From IMG/VR virus record IMGVR_UViG_3300005663_000033, positions 1 to 64,000 of that record: a stretch of DNA of 64,000 nucleotides, one strand, 5' to 3'. The position numbers and the translations under genes are program-made. The notes beneath the pieces were generated by a model. It made no database searches and was not told the DNA's origin. It saw only the letters and a list, made by a program, of their open reading frames with translations. Below are positions 20,182 through 32,307 of the stretch, piece after piece; positions within the stretch are counted from its first letter, which is position 1; each line of letters begins with the position of its first letter. This DNA comes from a virus.

Positions 20182-21246
20182 ATGCCCAAACTCATTAATC
20201 TAATAGGAAAAAGATTCGGAAGACTAACTGTAATTAAACGAGCCGAAAAGGATAAATGGGGAAGCTATAAGTGGTTGTGTTTATGTGATTGTGGCGAAAA
20301 AACTATGGTAATTGGTTCTAGTCTAAAGAAAAACAGAACTAAAAGTTGCGGATGTCTATTAAAAGAAAAAACCCAACAAAGATTTACTAAACATAATCAT
20401 ACCAAAAATGGAAAAAATTCTAGAACCTACAACTCGTGGGTTAACATGACTAGACGATGTGTCGATCCAAACAAAGAAGGATATGAATACTATGGTGCTC
20501 GTGGAATTAAAGTTTGTGAACGATGGTCGAAATTCCAAAATTTTTTGGACGATATGAGAGAATGTCCTCCAGAATATTCCATCGACAGAATTAATAATGA
20601 TAAAGGTTACTACAAAGAAAACTGCCGGTGGGCTACTAGAAAAGAACAAGCCAGAAACAAAAATAATAATCACATAGAAACATATAATGGAAAGAGTCAG
20701 TGCATAGCTGCCTGGGCAGAAGAAACCGGAATATGCGAAGAGACTATTATCGCACGTCTCAATCGCGGATTACCATTGAAAAATGTTTTAACAACACCAA
20801 TCAAAATCCTTAAATCACAGAGTGCATTTGTTGAATGTTCAAAATGTCACCAAATATTCGCCAAAGATATAAAACGTATTAAACAAACCAAAAAAATGGG
20901 AAAACAACATGCTTGTAGTCGTAAATGCGCCTCTGCTATAGTAAATGATCAACGACGATGTGAACCAAGTACCCCTACCGCTATTAGCGTAAGAAAAGAC
21001 AAAGAGAAATTCCCAGAGAAAAATCTTGCCCGCTCCCTCGTGCGTCGGGCTATAAAATCAGGTAAAATAATCCCATTGGAAGAATGTGAGTTCTGTGGAT
21101 CAGACCTAAGTGTTGATGGTCATCATCCAGATCATTCTAGACCATTTCTTTTACTGTATCTCTGTAAAAATTGTCATCACCAAGCAGACTCCGATCCCGA
21201 CAAATGGGAAAATCTGGCTACGGACTATTCGGGGTGTATAATATGA
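20182..21246 (+). CDS. HNH endonuclease with two HNH-type modules
   Basis: N-half like the 10980 HNH (YYGARGIKVCERW, SIDRINND..NCRW); C-half CSKC..CSRKC and CEFC..GHHPDH..LCKNCH. Confidence 0.8.
   Translation: MPKLINLIGKRFGRLTVIKRAEKDKWGSYKWLCLCDCGEKTMVIGSSLKKNRTKSCGCLLKEKTQQRFTKHNHTKNGKNSRTYNSWVNMTRRCVDPNKEGYEYYGARGIKVCERWSKFQNFLDDMRECPPEYSIDRINNDKGYYKENCRWATRKEQARNKNNNHIETYNGKSQCIAAWAEETGICEETIIARLNRGLPLKNVLTTPIKILKSQSAFVECSKCHQIFAKDIKRIKQTKKMGKQHACSRKCASAIVNDQRRCEPSTPTAISVRKDKEKFPEKNLARSLVRRAIKSGKIIPLEECEFCGSDLSVDGHHPDHSRPFLLLYLCKNCHHQADSDPDKWENLATDYSGCII
21233..21242 (+). promoter_or_regulatory. Putative late promoter GGTGTATAAT
   Basis: Just upstream of the AAGGAGGT RBS of the amidase gene. 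Confidence 0.55.
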
Positions 21247-21265
21247 TAGCCGAAAAGGAGGTAAA

Positions 21266-21859
21266 ATGAAAGAGACAATTGGATTTAAGCTAAAGAAATG
21301 GATTTTCCGTTTTATCGGAGACATCAAATGGGCCGGTATGCTACATCCATTTTGGTTCGTTATCAATGCCACCACATTCAGGTTGAAAGGTAAGCATTAT
21401 CGTGATGTCGAGCAAATAATCCAGCCAGGAGACATACTAATTAGACGGTTTGAGGGTTATGTTGATAAATTCTTACTGCCTGGCTGGTGGAACCATGCTG
21501 GAGTGTATGTGGGCGAAATTGACGGGCAAGACAACAAAGTTGTGCACGCTATCAGCGACGGAATCGTAGTAGATGATCTAATAGACTTCATGCGGACTGA
21601 TCATATGATTGTTCTACGAGCACCAGAAAAGTACTGCGACGAAGCGATCAAAAGAGCTAAAACGGTCATAGGCCGTGATTATGATTTTGCTTTTGAATTT
21701 GGTGACAGTTTGAGATTCAGTTGCACTGAACTTGTTAATTACTGTTTTGGGGGTATTGTCAGAGGCAAGAAAAGATTCGGACGTTTTACCATAGTGGCTG
21801 ATGATATTGTAAACACTCCCGTATTAAATGTTATTTGGGATTCAAGAAAGAATAAGTAA
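21266..21859 (+). CDS. Permuted papain-like amidase (YiiX/YebB-like)
   Basis: QPGDIL, WNHAGVY, VVHA, GRDYDF, FSCTELV (His before Cys). Confidence 0.85.
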   Translation: MKETIGFKLKKWIFRFIGDIKWAGMLHPFWFVINATTFRLKGKHYRDVEQIIQPGDILIRRFEGYVDKFLLPGWWNHAGVYVGEIDGQDNKVVHAISDGIVVDDLIDFMRTDHMIVLRAPEKYCDEAIKRAKTVIGRDYDFAFEFGDSLRFSCTELVNYCFGGIVRGKKRFGRFTIVADDIVNTPVLNVIWDSRKNK

Positions 21860-21987
21860 ATCACAAAGGTGAGATGTGATGAAAAAATTATGGATCAGTC
21901 TTGGCATTCTTGCCTTCATTTTTGTGTGTATAGGATTTGGTGACAAAAAACGTTTACATTATTTTTATGAAATCTATATCACCCCTA

Positions 21988-22431
21988 TCATCGAGTCGGT
22001 TCAAATGAATCCAGATCACATTCGTGCGGATTAAATTGACGGGTTTTACCTGTTTGATATGGTAAGCGATATTCACTAAGACTTAGGGGTTCAAGATCAA
22101 AGTCGGTATTATTCTCGTTCGGTACTACCTCAACAGCCTCTTTCCCACAAGCAAATGCAGAAAAGGCTTCCATATTCGCACCAAGCGAATCCTTCCATCC
22201 TGGGAGTAAAACTATCTTCCGACACTGATTTATAACTGCGTTAAGATCAACCGTCATACATTGGGCAAATGATAGTTTGAGATAACCGTCGTGTTCGGAT
22301 GGGCTCCACACAGTAAAACCTTTGGTCCTAAGAATATGCGCTACCATCGCAAACATAGCTTTATTGAGGTTTTTGTAACCACGCATCGGCCCGCCGACAT
22401 AAAAGTCGTATTTTTTCTTTATACCAAACAC
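21988..22431 (-). CDS. DUF4406 / nucleoside deoxyribosyltransferase-like protein
   Basis: YVGGPMRG..N...F, VWSPSE, LLPGWKDSLGANME. Confidence 0.75.
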   Translation of the reverse strand: MFGIKKKYDFYVGGPMRGYKNLNKAMFAMVAHILRTKGFTVWSPSEHDGYLKLSFAQCMTVDLNAVINQCRKIVLLPGWKDSLGANMEAFSAFACGKEAVEVVPNENNTDFDLEPLSLSEYRLPYQTGKTRQFNPHECDLDSFEPTR

Positions 22432-22823
22432 TTAATGCCTCTCAATCAAATAACATCTAACAGTGTTCCATCTTCATTTCTAAGAATATGTGTAGATAAA
22501 TCGTCAACACCATGTTGCAAACATAATCGAGCACATCTTTTTCTACAGGCATCCCAGATAAATTGATATTGATTTGATATTCGTAAAAAATTTACCGAAC
22601 CCACACCATCACGTAAAAGCTCATGACAATACTCATCAAACTCTAAATCAAGCGTTTGTAATTTTCGAGTCACAATATTCCTTTCATTCTCTTACTGTAG
22701 AGGGCTATTTTACTGGCAAGACGCAAAATGAGATTTTAGGACGAATTGTCCGTAAATCACGGACAGGAGTGACATCGCCGCTTAATTTAGATGTCCCTCC
22801 GTTTGTTTCAATCCTCTATCCAT

Positions 22824-24029
22824 CTACGCCACCGGTTCGGGTGTTAAAACTTCTCCATCCTCAAGAATTACGGAACATTCCTTCCCCTTACTCACCCTTT
22901 CAATCCAAATTTGGGCATCAGCCTTATCAGCCATTTTTGCAATCACAGTCAAGCTCTTGGAATCTAAAAGCGAACCTTCTCTAATCAATAAAATACGAAG
23001 CTTAGGATTCATGGCCAAACCCATCGCCACAGATATCTTGATTCTTTGAGCAGAAGAACATTGAACAAAAGGAATATCTTCAAAAGTCACACCATCATCG
23101 TCGATAGCTAGCCCTTCAATCGGAAACTTTGCCTTGGCTAAAGATTTAGCCTTCTCACCAACGATCTCCGTCATTTGATCACTTAGAGACTTTGATTGAC
23201 TCCTTAGCTTCCCTAAATCATAATCAGCCGAAGTATAGACCTTGTTCTCTCGCACCTGAGTATTAACGATCTCTGCCTTTGACATTTCAGAACGAATTGT
23301 TTTGACATCAATTTCTTCCATATCGCTAAGGGCTTTTTGTCTATCCTTAATACTCTTTTTTAGAGCTGCAACACGCTTCGTCAACCCATCTAGTTCGTCA
23401 GATTCGTCGTCCAATTCACGAAGAGCAGTCTCCACCTTATTATTGTGCTCAACCGCCTTGGTATACTTTTCACTAAGTTCCTGAACAGACACTTCTTTGT
23501 CTGGCACATCCTTGTGACAAATCATGCTGTCAAGGTTAGCCTTCAATTCCTTACCACGACGATTTACTATCGCTCTCTCGTCGAACAGCTTCTTGTGTTG
23601 AGCATTGAGTTTATCAAAATCTAATCCAACTAGTTTCTTGAGAACTTCAGACTGCTTCTTGGTATCCATCTTGGAAAACTCTAGCGGATCAAAAGTCAAT
23701 GCACCAACCAACTTATCCAACATAGCCTGGGGAGATGCGAATGTCGCACCTTCCTTATTCTTTACAGTCAGGTTAGTTCCTTTTGCTGTAAAGGTGCGAG
23801 TTACTAAGATATCGCCAAGGTCCAAAACGACACGGGCCTTTTTCTGTCCTGCTCTAATAGGCTTTATTGGAATAGAACTAGCGCCATTGAGAGCGTATTC
23901 AATCGAATCCAAGACACAGGTCTTACCTGCTGCATTGTCTCCACCAATTACAACTAATGAGCCATCTGGCTTAATATTAACTACCTTCAGATGTTTGACA
24001 TTCTCAGCTTCTAGTGCTACTATTTTCAT
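22824..24029 (-). CDS. SMC/SbcC-like ATPase
   Basis: LEAENVK, GDNAAGKT Walker A, coiled coil, SSAQ signature, LIREGSLLD; likely start MKIVAL at 24029. Confidence 0.85.
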   Translation of the reverse strand: MKIVALEAENVKHLKVVNIKPDGSLVVIGGDNAAGKTCVLDSIEYALNGASSIPIKPIRAGQKKARVVLDLGDILVTRTFTAKGTNLTVKNKEGATFASPQAMLDKLVGALTFDPLEFSKMDTKKQSEVLKKLVGLDFDKLNAQHKKLFDERAIVNRRGKELKANLDSMICHKDVPDKEVSVQELSEKYTKAVEHNNKVETALRELDDESDELDGLTKRVAALKKSIKDRQKALSDMEEIDVKTIRSEMSKAEIVNTQVRENKVYTSADYDLGKLRSQSKSLSDQMTEIVGEKAKSLAKAKFPIEGLAIDDDGVTFEDIPFVQCSSAQRIKISVAMGLAMNPKLRILLIREGSLLDSKSLTVIAKMADKADAQIWIERVSKGKECSVILEDGEVLTPEPVA

Positions 24030-26257
24030 ACAATTACTCCCCAGGAACACGCGGACATATGGTTCTTAGTCCGGGCTTAGTCCATACAATTGGTTGTAAC
24101 AATCTATCAAACAACTGTTTGTGGCCAATGGCACCACATCTAGGACACCAGTATAGTTCCACATCGCCACCAGTAAGGGAATCTGGTGAAAATGTTTCGC
24201 CAACTGGCCCAGATTTTTTGTGCCTACACTTGAACATCGATATCAATCAGAGAAATTTCATCAATCAAAAACGCAACTGGACGACTTTTTTGTGGCCGAC
24301 CACGCCCAAATGTAACTCCAACAGAGGTGGGTACCCCGTCTTCCGAAGAATTCAACTTAGTAACCGTCGCAGTCTTCCCAACAACCTTCGGACACACATC
24401 ACACTTTGTAACTCGAACCTTATCACCAATCTTCATTTTACACCTTCTCTTTCTTTAGTTCAATAATATGAACACGAAAACACAAAAGCAACCAACCAAA
24501 CCCGAATCCATATCGGGCATTACCCTTACCCATAAATCGTGGTTTCCACCACACCGGCTTTCCATATCCACACCACGCAGCTAGTGCCCAGTTACCACGC
24601 CACAGAATGGCAACATAGCCTGTTTCACCCTGTCGTCTATGTCTAAATCTAAACCCAGACCTATTCATATATTACCAACCCTTCAAAGCCTTAATCGCCC
24701 TGGCTATAGAAATCACTCGATCAGCAGCTATACCACGCTGCGCCTTGCTTACACCATAACCGATAGTGTGACTTCCACTTACGGTATTCCTATTGATGGG
24801 AACAGTTGCTTTCATCTGATTTTCTAGCTCAACAAAAGCTTCGTTTAATTGACCCAATAGCTCAGAGTTGCCGATCTTCCCCTTTTCCTCGTATACTGGT
24901 CCTTTTCTCGCTGCCACTATATCCTCTTCTCCCTTTGGTGTCTTGCTAATTCAACAATCGCCTCACAATTCGGCAACTTAAAGCTATGATTACAAACGTC
25001 GCATTGTATTTCAGTTTCACATCCAGAAAGAACCATCGGCTTCATTTGTTCTGGAGTAAGATTATGTCTCTGGGAACAAATACGACAAGTCTCGAAGTTC
25101 ATCATTTATCTATCCTATTCTATGATTGAATGTCTCAACGTCGGCGGTCACTTTGTGTCGTATATTGTGAACGTATGATACTTCGTCAGACTTCTTCTTC
25201 AGGCAGTCATCGCAAATTAAAATTTGAAGAAACGGGTCTTCCCCACGAAGCTTATCGGGAATAGGGTCGAATACCGTTGATCCAAAATTACCCGGAGCAC
25301 GAAACCAAACACCATCGTATACGGGACTCAAAATTGTAGGATCATTAAAATGGGATTCGGTCTCTAAGACCTTGCCGCAACAAAAACACTTACACATTAG
25401 TACAACTCCCCCTTGGCGCTTGAGCCGAATGCGTAAAGATTCCTTTTTCTTCAAGACCATATTGTTCAGCTAATTTCCGACAATCACTCGTAAAATTTCT
25501 CCCGCATTCAGCACACAGATCACCTATAAAAAATATTTTATTGCATACATTATAGTAATAATCCACAGATTGAAGTGGTGTCGAATTGTTCGTAGCCATT
25601 GTTTTATCGCCACATTTATCACATTCAGTTTTTGTGCTCATTAGTTGTCCTCCAACCAAATCTCATGACGACCTGGTCCTATTTTCTTTCCCTTGATATC
25701 TGCCCGCTGACCGTTTCGAAACACCCACGATCCATGCCGATCAAGAATCTCTTGATACTGCTTGGTGCTCACTACCTGCCGATAACAACTTATCGTCCAA
25801 TGATTACGGTGCAAATCAGTCATCATTTTGATTCCAAAAATTTTTCGGATAAACTGATCCAAAATCTGGTTTATTCATCTTGATTTCAATCGGAGGAATT
25901 TTTCCTGTATAAAGAACAGCACCCACGGACAACAAAGTAAACAGCCATCCAAACAAACAGATTTTCAGACAAAATCTCAGAAAACATATCTTTCTTTGAT
26001 ATCTATCTATTAGTTCTTGTATCGTTTCCAACATCAAACTACTCTATCTCAACAATATGCTTCTTATTTTGTTTCTCTTTATCATATTCGTACCCCATAG
26101 CTGTCTCCGTTAAAAAAACAACAGCGTAAAGATACCAGCCAGCAAAATACAGATACAACCACCGCAAATCAATATGAGAAAATATCCAAAAACAAATTCT
26201 GAATATTCGTGATGTTTCATACTGCGAAGCTCCGAGAGCAGCCCTCGGCTGCTATCT

Positions 26258-26288
26258 TATTATACGTCTAACTCCCCACCTTGTTTCA
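26258..26288 (-). promoter_or_regulatory. ECF-type promoter TGAAAC-N16-CGTATAATA followed by leader hairpin
   Basis: Reverse strand: gTGAAACaaggtggggagttagaCGTATAATA. Confidence 0.75.
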
Positions 26289-26620
26289 CACAAATTCGAA
26301 TTATTTTTTTGATGTTTATGGGACGTTCTGTTCATAACCACCACCACCTATAAAAACAACCCGATCTCTTGCATTTTCCACACGCAAAACACCAATAGTC
26401 ATAGATAGGATCATTAGAACAGTGAATCCAACTATGCAAACCAATAAAACAAAAGAATCGTTGCATTATTTCACTTCCACAAATTTCACTTTAAATCATC
26501 ATCCCCAGTATATTCGATAATTGTAGTCTTAGGTACTGGAATTCCAAAAGGAATACGTGGAAACCACCAAGAAAGTCTATTTTTATTGTGAGGGTTTGTT
26601 CTTTCTGCAAACATTATGCG

Positions 26621-27048
26621 TCATCCTATTCCTTTTTTTAAATCCACAATAACTTGTTCAATATAATCTCTTAGCCATTCTTTAGTCTCAACATGATTCA
26701 CTAAAATATTTAACGAATCTACCCCACCCCATGATTCAAGCATCCCAATTGCTGCATCTCGCACCTCCTGATCAGCATGTTTCAATCCATAACTGGCAAG
26801 TTTTATTCCATGTTGACCAACAATTTTATAGGGTTGACGACCTACGCAGCGAAGAATTCCAGCATGAATAGATGGATGACGACGTTCGATCAAAAAACAT
26901 AATAACTTGACAGATATCATTGTATCGGTACACCAACAGCCTGTATTTCATCACTAATAATTTTCTCGGCTGGGTGGAAACATCCATCCTCAATTGATTC
27001 GTTTACAAAAGAAGCAAGAATGTCTTGGTGAAAAAAGGTTTTCTTCAT
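26621..27048 (-). pseudogene. HEAT-repeat-like protein, apparently split at ~26920
   Basis: Frame 1 MKKTFF..EDGCFHPAEKII..PIQ* (27048-26917) overlaps (ATGA) frame 2 with the HEAT-like GLKHADQEVRDAAIGMLESWGG..WLRDY. Could also be two coupled genes. Confidence 0.4.
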
Positions 27049-28833
27049 TTTTTTTATCCCATCATAATTACAAATATCCCTGCGAACACAACTGTGACTA
27101 TAATAAAAAAAGACAAGAATATTATATTACCTACCCGAGTAGCGGGAAAATCATCTCCCTTAACCTCATCTGGTTCGTCAATAAGATCACTGATCAATAT
27201 GTCTTCTTCACTAATATATTTCCCACACTTGGAGCACATTATTCTTTCTGTAGTAGATTGACAATCTGAACATACATATTTACGACCCATACTAAACCCC
27301 CTTCTCCATTGCATCGACAATAGCCTCACGAACCGTAGGCTTAGTCCCAGGCAGGTTAGTTTCATGCAATCTCAAACCACGACCACAACTCGAATCTCGA
27401 CAAATCCATCCTTTCCCATACCCCCTCATATTCTTGTCTAGCCAATCCAATATTTCTTTATCCGACGGGCTTTCCTCATTATCCAACTTATGAACACAAA
27501 CATTAGATGATAATCTAAGTCCAGATATTACCCTTTCTATCTCATCCAACATTTCCTTTTTAGTATCGAATTGTCTTTCATTCTTGGATTTCTCTCCAGC
27601 AATCCATAATTCTATAACGTATTTACCATCCTTGGTTCTTAAAACCAATTCAGTCAATTTCATTATACTTCCCCTTTCTAATCACAATTTGTTTTTCGTG
27701 CCATTCGACAGCTTCTTTACAAGCAAGATTAACCATTCGTTTTTGCTCTTTTGGAGATACAGTCTCAATACCAAATAATAGTTTGGCTAAAAGTTCTTTA
27801 ATGGATGATGGGATTTTACTTTCATTATTGTCCTTTAACAAAACTACGCCGTCTGACTTCTACTTTATGCCATTCCCAGATACCGCCAGGAGATTTAGTT
27901 GCCACACGCTCCTTACCATTTACGTCAAGCACCTTGGCATATTTACCCAGATCATGATTAAAACCAAGATCCTCTACAACTTTATATTTTTTACTTCCTA
28001 TTGTTATCATTCTATTTCCCCTATCCAATCACAATTTGGACACCTATGCTCATGATCGAAGTGAACTCCCTTCCTGCGATGCACCCTACGTTGACAACGA
28101 GGACACAGAGGCTTTCCATAATGGCCTGGATGTGTGCTTACATTTAGGGGATGTGGTGGAGGAGGTGGAGGAGGGTTTTCATCACCCACCTTATTATTCT
28201 CAAATCCACTCACTAAACTACAAGTTGAACAACGATATGCATCATTAAAACCACACGTCCTTATAGTTGTAACATCGCCTCCACAACTCGGACACGACCT
28301 TTCTCTTCCTAGCTTAATTATCGCTTTGTCTAGAATTTTGGCGCGTTGTTCGCAAGCTTCATTCATCACGTCATAAGGTAGAGAATCTATATCACCACTA
28401 ACTTCCCAACGAACATTACAATTTTCCCTATATGCCCGCAAAATACGAAGTGGATATTCATCATCTGGCGTAGCATCTACATGTAAAATAGATTCCTGTG
28501 TGTATTTTTGTTTATCACCTTTACCCATATTACTTCCCCCTACAATTATTTCCATTAACAATATCGTCTACGTCATCACGAATTCTCTTCTTGTCCGCAT
28601 CGGTCAAAATCTTACATTTAAGTGGGCAAACAACCATTTTCTCGGTATCGGGAGGTGTATGTTCTACCCAGAAATAAAAACACTCTCCTTCTCTGAGTGC
28701 AACCTTGTGCAAAGTAAAAAGGTCAACAGGAAGGTCTGTCAGAAACTCTTCATAATCATACTCAGAGTCGAAGAGTGATACCCTCACGTTCTCCCCATTG
28801 ATTTCTCGAATGACACCATCAAATTCGTCAATT

Positions 28834-29316
28834 TTAATCATGTTCACAACACCTACATTTCGCAACAGAAGTAAATAATTGAATCTCTCCAGTACCATTA
28901 CAATCGGGGCAAGACACCAAAGTGGCGGGGGTTGATCTCTTCATTATCTCAAAGCTCTTTCTGTATAACCAACATACTTCTTTATCACCTCCTGGACGAG
29001 TCCAAATACGATCTGATTGATCAAAATCTGTTTTATCTGATGGGCACTTTACGACGACACGTTCTTCTCCAAGTGATGTTGGAAGAGATGAATTGGTTAC
29101 GATAATCTTGTCTCCTATTTTGGCCAGGGTATCCGATGACTCTATAATTTTGAAATCATTGTTTTCTAGATAGATTACATATCCATCACCATGTACAAAT
29201 CTTACATATGATTGAGATTTACAATCACGTACTGTTTCAACCACAAATTTGAACCATATACCAAGATGGCCTGTGGGATGTGTTATGAGGATTGTATCTC
29301 CTGGTTTTGCTTTCAT
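28834..29316 (-). CDS. Tandem SH3-like 'K.KPGD' family protein with C-terminal Zn ribbon
   Basis: Two repeats (KAKPGDTILI.., AKIGDKIIV..VVKCP..IW..FEIMKR), then CPDCNGTG; paralogous to 44921 and 45753. Confidence 0.6.
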   Translation of the reverse strand: MKAKPGDTILITHPTGHLGIWFKFVVETVRDCKSQSYVRFVHGDGYVIYLENNDFKIIESSDTLAKIGDKIIVTNSSLPTSLGEERVVVKCPSDKTDFDQSDRIWTRPGGDKEVCWLYRKSFEIMKRSTPATLVSCPDCNGTGEIQLFTSVAKCRCCEHD

Positions 29317-29872
29317 TTTTAAAATCCAAAGAAATCTGCCATGGCGGCATCCCTCTTGGCATTCACCTGTTGTTCCCAATCACCACTCACTACTTTGTTC
29401 GTCTTGCCAATTTTCCTTTCAATAACATCATTAGGATTTTCCCAGTCTAATACATGAATCTTGGGATCGTCAGCCCAATGCCTTTCTGACACAACTATCG
29501 CATGCGTATCTTTACAGTCTTCCTTTTCGCCAAAATAAGTCTCTACATAATCCCAGTCTATGTGAAATCCTTTTCTCGATGGCCAACATACTATCGTTGG
29601 AAGTCTGGCAGGTAAGAGGCTGTCTACTCCATCATTTCGCAATCCTTTAAAATGAATAGTAAAAGTTCTGGGATCAGTTATCGGTGGATTATTTATTGCG
29701 GAAAGATTATCTTTAATTATGCCGCCGAAGACATAAGCCATGAAATTAAGACCATGGTAGGTTGAAAGAATTAATGCATAACGCTCACCAATAATTAATT
29801 CGTCAGCTTCTAGGATTTGGTATGGATGTCTTACTTTGCGAGTCATAGCTTTACTCTGTATGGCTACATTAT

Positions 29873-30007
29873 TTACTCTATATCGTAAGCCCGCCAGTCG
29901 GGCTTCCGCCTATTACACCAATGACAGTATTTCGGTTTCGGTGTCCAGTTCTTAGGAAACCAATCATGAAAACCTAACCAACACAAAATCCGTCTGAACC
30001 TTGTCAT
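29873..30007 (-). CDS. DUF1660-like mini Zn-binding protein
   Basis: Hand-translated MTRFRRILCWLGFHDW...YCHWCNRRK; GGAGG RBS. Confidence 0.6.
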   Translation of the reverse strand: MTRFRRILCWLGFHDWFPKNWTPKPKYCHWCNRRKPDWRAYDIE

Positions 30008-30111
30008 TACTCCTCCCACCAATTGTCAACCTTCCTACAATCCCTACACCGCCGCCACCCTATATAGCGGTCCCATCTATGAAACCCCAGCCAACATAAA
30101 AATCGTCTCAT
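30007..30111 (-). CDS. DUF1660-like mini Zn-binding protein (tandem paralog)
   Basis: Hand-translated MRRFLCWLGFHRWDRYIGWRRCRDCRKVD; GGAG RBS. Confidence 0.6.
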   Translation of the reverse strand: MRRFLCWLGFHRWDRYIGWRRCRDCRKVDNWWEE

Positions 30112-30947
30112 ATTTTATTCTCCAAAAATTTTCATATCTCGTTATTTTTTCTACCTTAAATCCTTATAGTTGCATGATGATCTAATTATACGTCCATTGT
30201 TATCTACTTCTATTTTGAATTCTATGACATTCTCACCCAAGGCTTGTTTGAATTCTTCCATTTCATCGTCTGCTGATTTTTGTGCCTCTTCTCTTGTTCC
30301 AAAAAAATGAGGAATAGCACTACCATCACCACCATCTTCTAAATGCAGCCAACCCGTAATATTCATTTCTTTTCCTTCACCCCAAAGGCTTTATGGACAA
30401 TCTCCATTGAGATGTTCGCTTCGAGGTTCTTTCTTACAATGTGGACAGAGGCCTTTCGTCAATTCATCTAGACGATTGGCACATTCCCTCACCCTCTCGT
30501 ACGACTTTGCTCTACATACGCCAAGACACCTTCTACAAGTTACGTCCTTAATATGGGGACTTAAATCAGCCTTATCAACTTCGGAACAGCTAAGTCCACA
30601 CTGTGAATGTCCGAGTTGTTCTGCCCTTGTCACTAGAAGTAAATGTATCATCTTCGAGTTCTCCATTTCGTTTTCCGTTTCCCTATGTTTAAGGTTACGC
30701 TGTACTTCACCCTCACCTTCACACTGAAAACAATCACAATAAAACGGATCGCCTAGCCACCCGCTACCTTCGCACCTTGGGCAGTCTACCTTCTCGTTAG
30801 ACGGCATAGTGGGGACACCTCTTTGTCGGCGTGTAGTGAAGCGGTTCCTTGCAGTAGGGGCACATCTTCACCAATCTTCCCTTCTTGTCAAGGGCCATCT
30901 TTGCTGTTGCTGTTGTCACAACTACCTTCTCGTTCGCCATTGTTCTA

Positions 30948-31229
30948 TTACTTTTCTCCGTCCATTTTGTGGTCATAATTTTCTAGTTCAAATTCATAAG
31001 CATAAAAATGTTTATGTTGTGATGATTTTATAAGGTATCTAGGATATCTGGATGAATCACCTATATATGGGGCTGAGTACCACTGCATAATCATTCCTGT
31101 AGAATTGTCAATTTTTAATCTAACGATATCTCCAATTTTAAATTTAGGATAAACCTTTTCACGTTTTTCGCACCCCGCCAAAATTCCAATACTTAAAGCG
31201 AAACTCAATAGCATAAAGTTCTTTATCAT
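30948..31229 (-). CDS. Putative lipoprotein
   Basis: Signal peptide with lipobox ILAG|C, then KFKIGDIV SH3-like body. Confidence 0.6.
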   Translation of the reverse strand: MIKNFMLLSFALSIGILAGCEKREKVYPKFKIGDIVRLKIDNSTGMIMQWYSAPYIGDSSRYPRYLIKSSQHKHFYAYEFELENYDHKMDGEK

Positions 31230-32249
31230 TTTTGTATCTTCCTAAGTATGTATCTCCCGCCTCGATAGAATCCAATGCTATATGCAACGACTGAAACGCA
31301 AGCAATTACGAAACCTAAAAGGATGAATTGTTCCATTACTTTTTTCTTTTTGCAAGACACAAAAGTGTAATTACATAGTGCGTAGCTCTTGGGAACATCC
31401 TTGGATGTTACCTTAGAGTCCCATTCCAGGTCCCTTAAATCGATCACAGATAAAGAATACAATAGCGATAACAACTACAATACAAATTACCCATTCCAAC
31501 ATAATCCTATCTCCTAAGAACGTTTTTCATGATTTATATACCATATTCTGGCAAAAAGAATCACAATCAAAAGCAAAATTCCATAACTAGCCAAAGATAG
31601 GCTGAATGGCATAATCATAGTGGGGAAACATGCTAGAGGAGCCATCACAAGGAGAAATGTAGAAAATCTCTTTGCACCTTTAAGGTTGTCGTACCATCTA
31701 TTTAGTTTTATCCAACCTTTTGTCATTTTCGTACCTTTCTGAGCGCATATTTGCCACCGTGCCAGAACCCAATAACGTATGAAACAATTACCAAAAACCA
31801 AGTTATTACGATATATAGTTCCCATCCCATCATTTTTCCCTTTGTGAAAATTAAAGCTTATAGCCGTCTAATTCTATTCCATTTCGCTCAGCAAATTCTA
31901 GAGCGTTTTTGATGGCATCTTCGCGTGTTTTGAAACCAGTGTGACCATAGTCATAACAATGCGATCTAAACTCAACGAAATACATTTCTTGTTCTTTTAT
32001 GTTGTCGTCATTCAAATCATCTATACTGATTTTTGATGCAATGGTTGTTATCTTCCAGTGAAAAATGTTTTTGTGCTTTTGGACACCTCCTCAAAACCAT
32101 CTCTAGGCTTATACAGGGTAGACGATTGACGAGATTCTTTAATCGCCAAATTAGCCGAATTGCAAATGGTTACATTTGTATCTTTCTTACACATCTCATA
32201 GTCTCCAAAAAAGTGCGAAGCTCACGGTGGCAGCGCTTTGCTGACACCT

Positions 32250-32280
32250 TATTATACGTTCAACTATCCCCTCTGTTTCA
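32250..32280 (-). promoter_or_regulatory. ECF-type promoter TGAAAC-N16-CGTATAATA followed by leader hairpin
   Basis: Reverse strand: TGAAACagaggggatagttgaaCGTATAATAaggtgtcagc. Confidence 0.75.
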
Positions 32281-32307
32281 AGAAAATTCGATTTATTTCA
32301 ATTCACA

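Noticed and set aside
29910-29920. Extra late-promoter copy (GGTGTAATA)
   Set aside because: Imperfect match lying inside a mini-gene.
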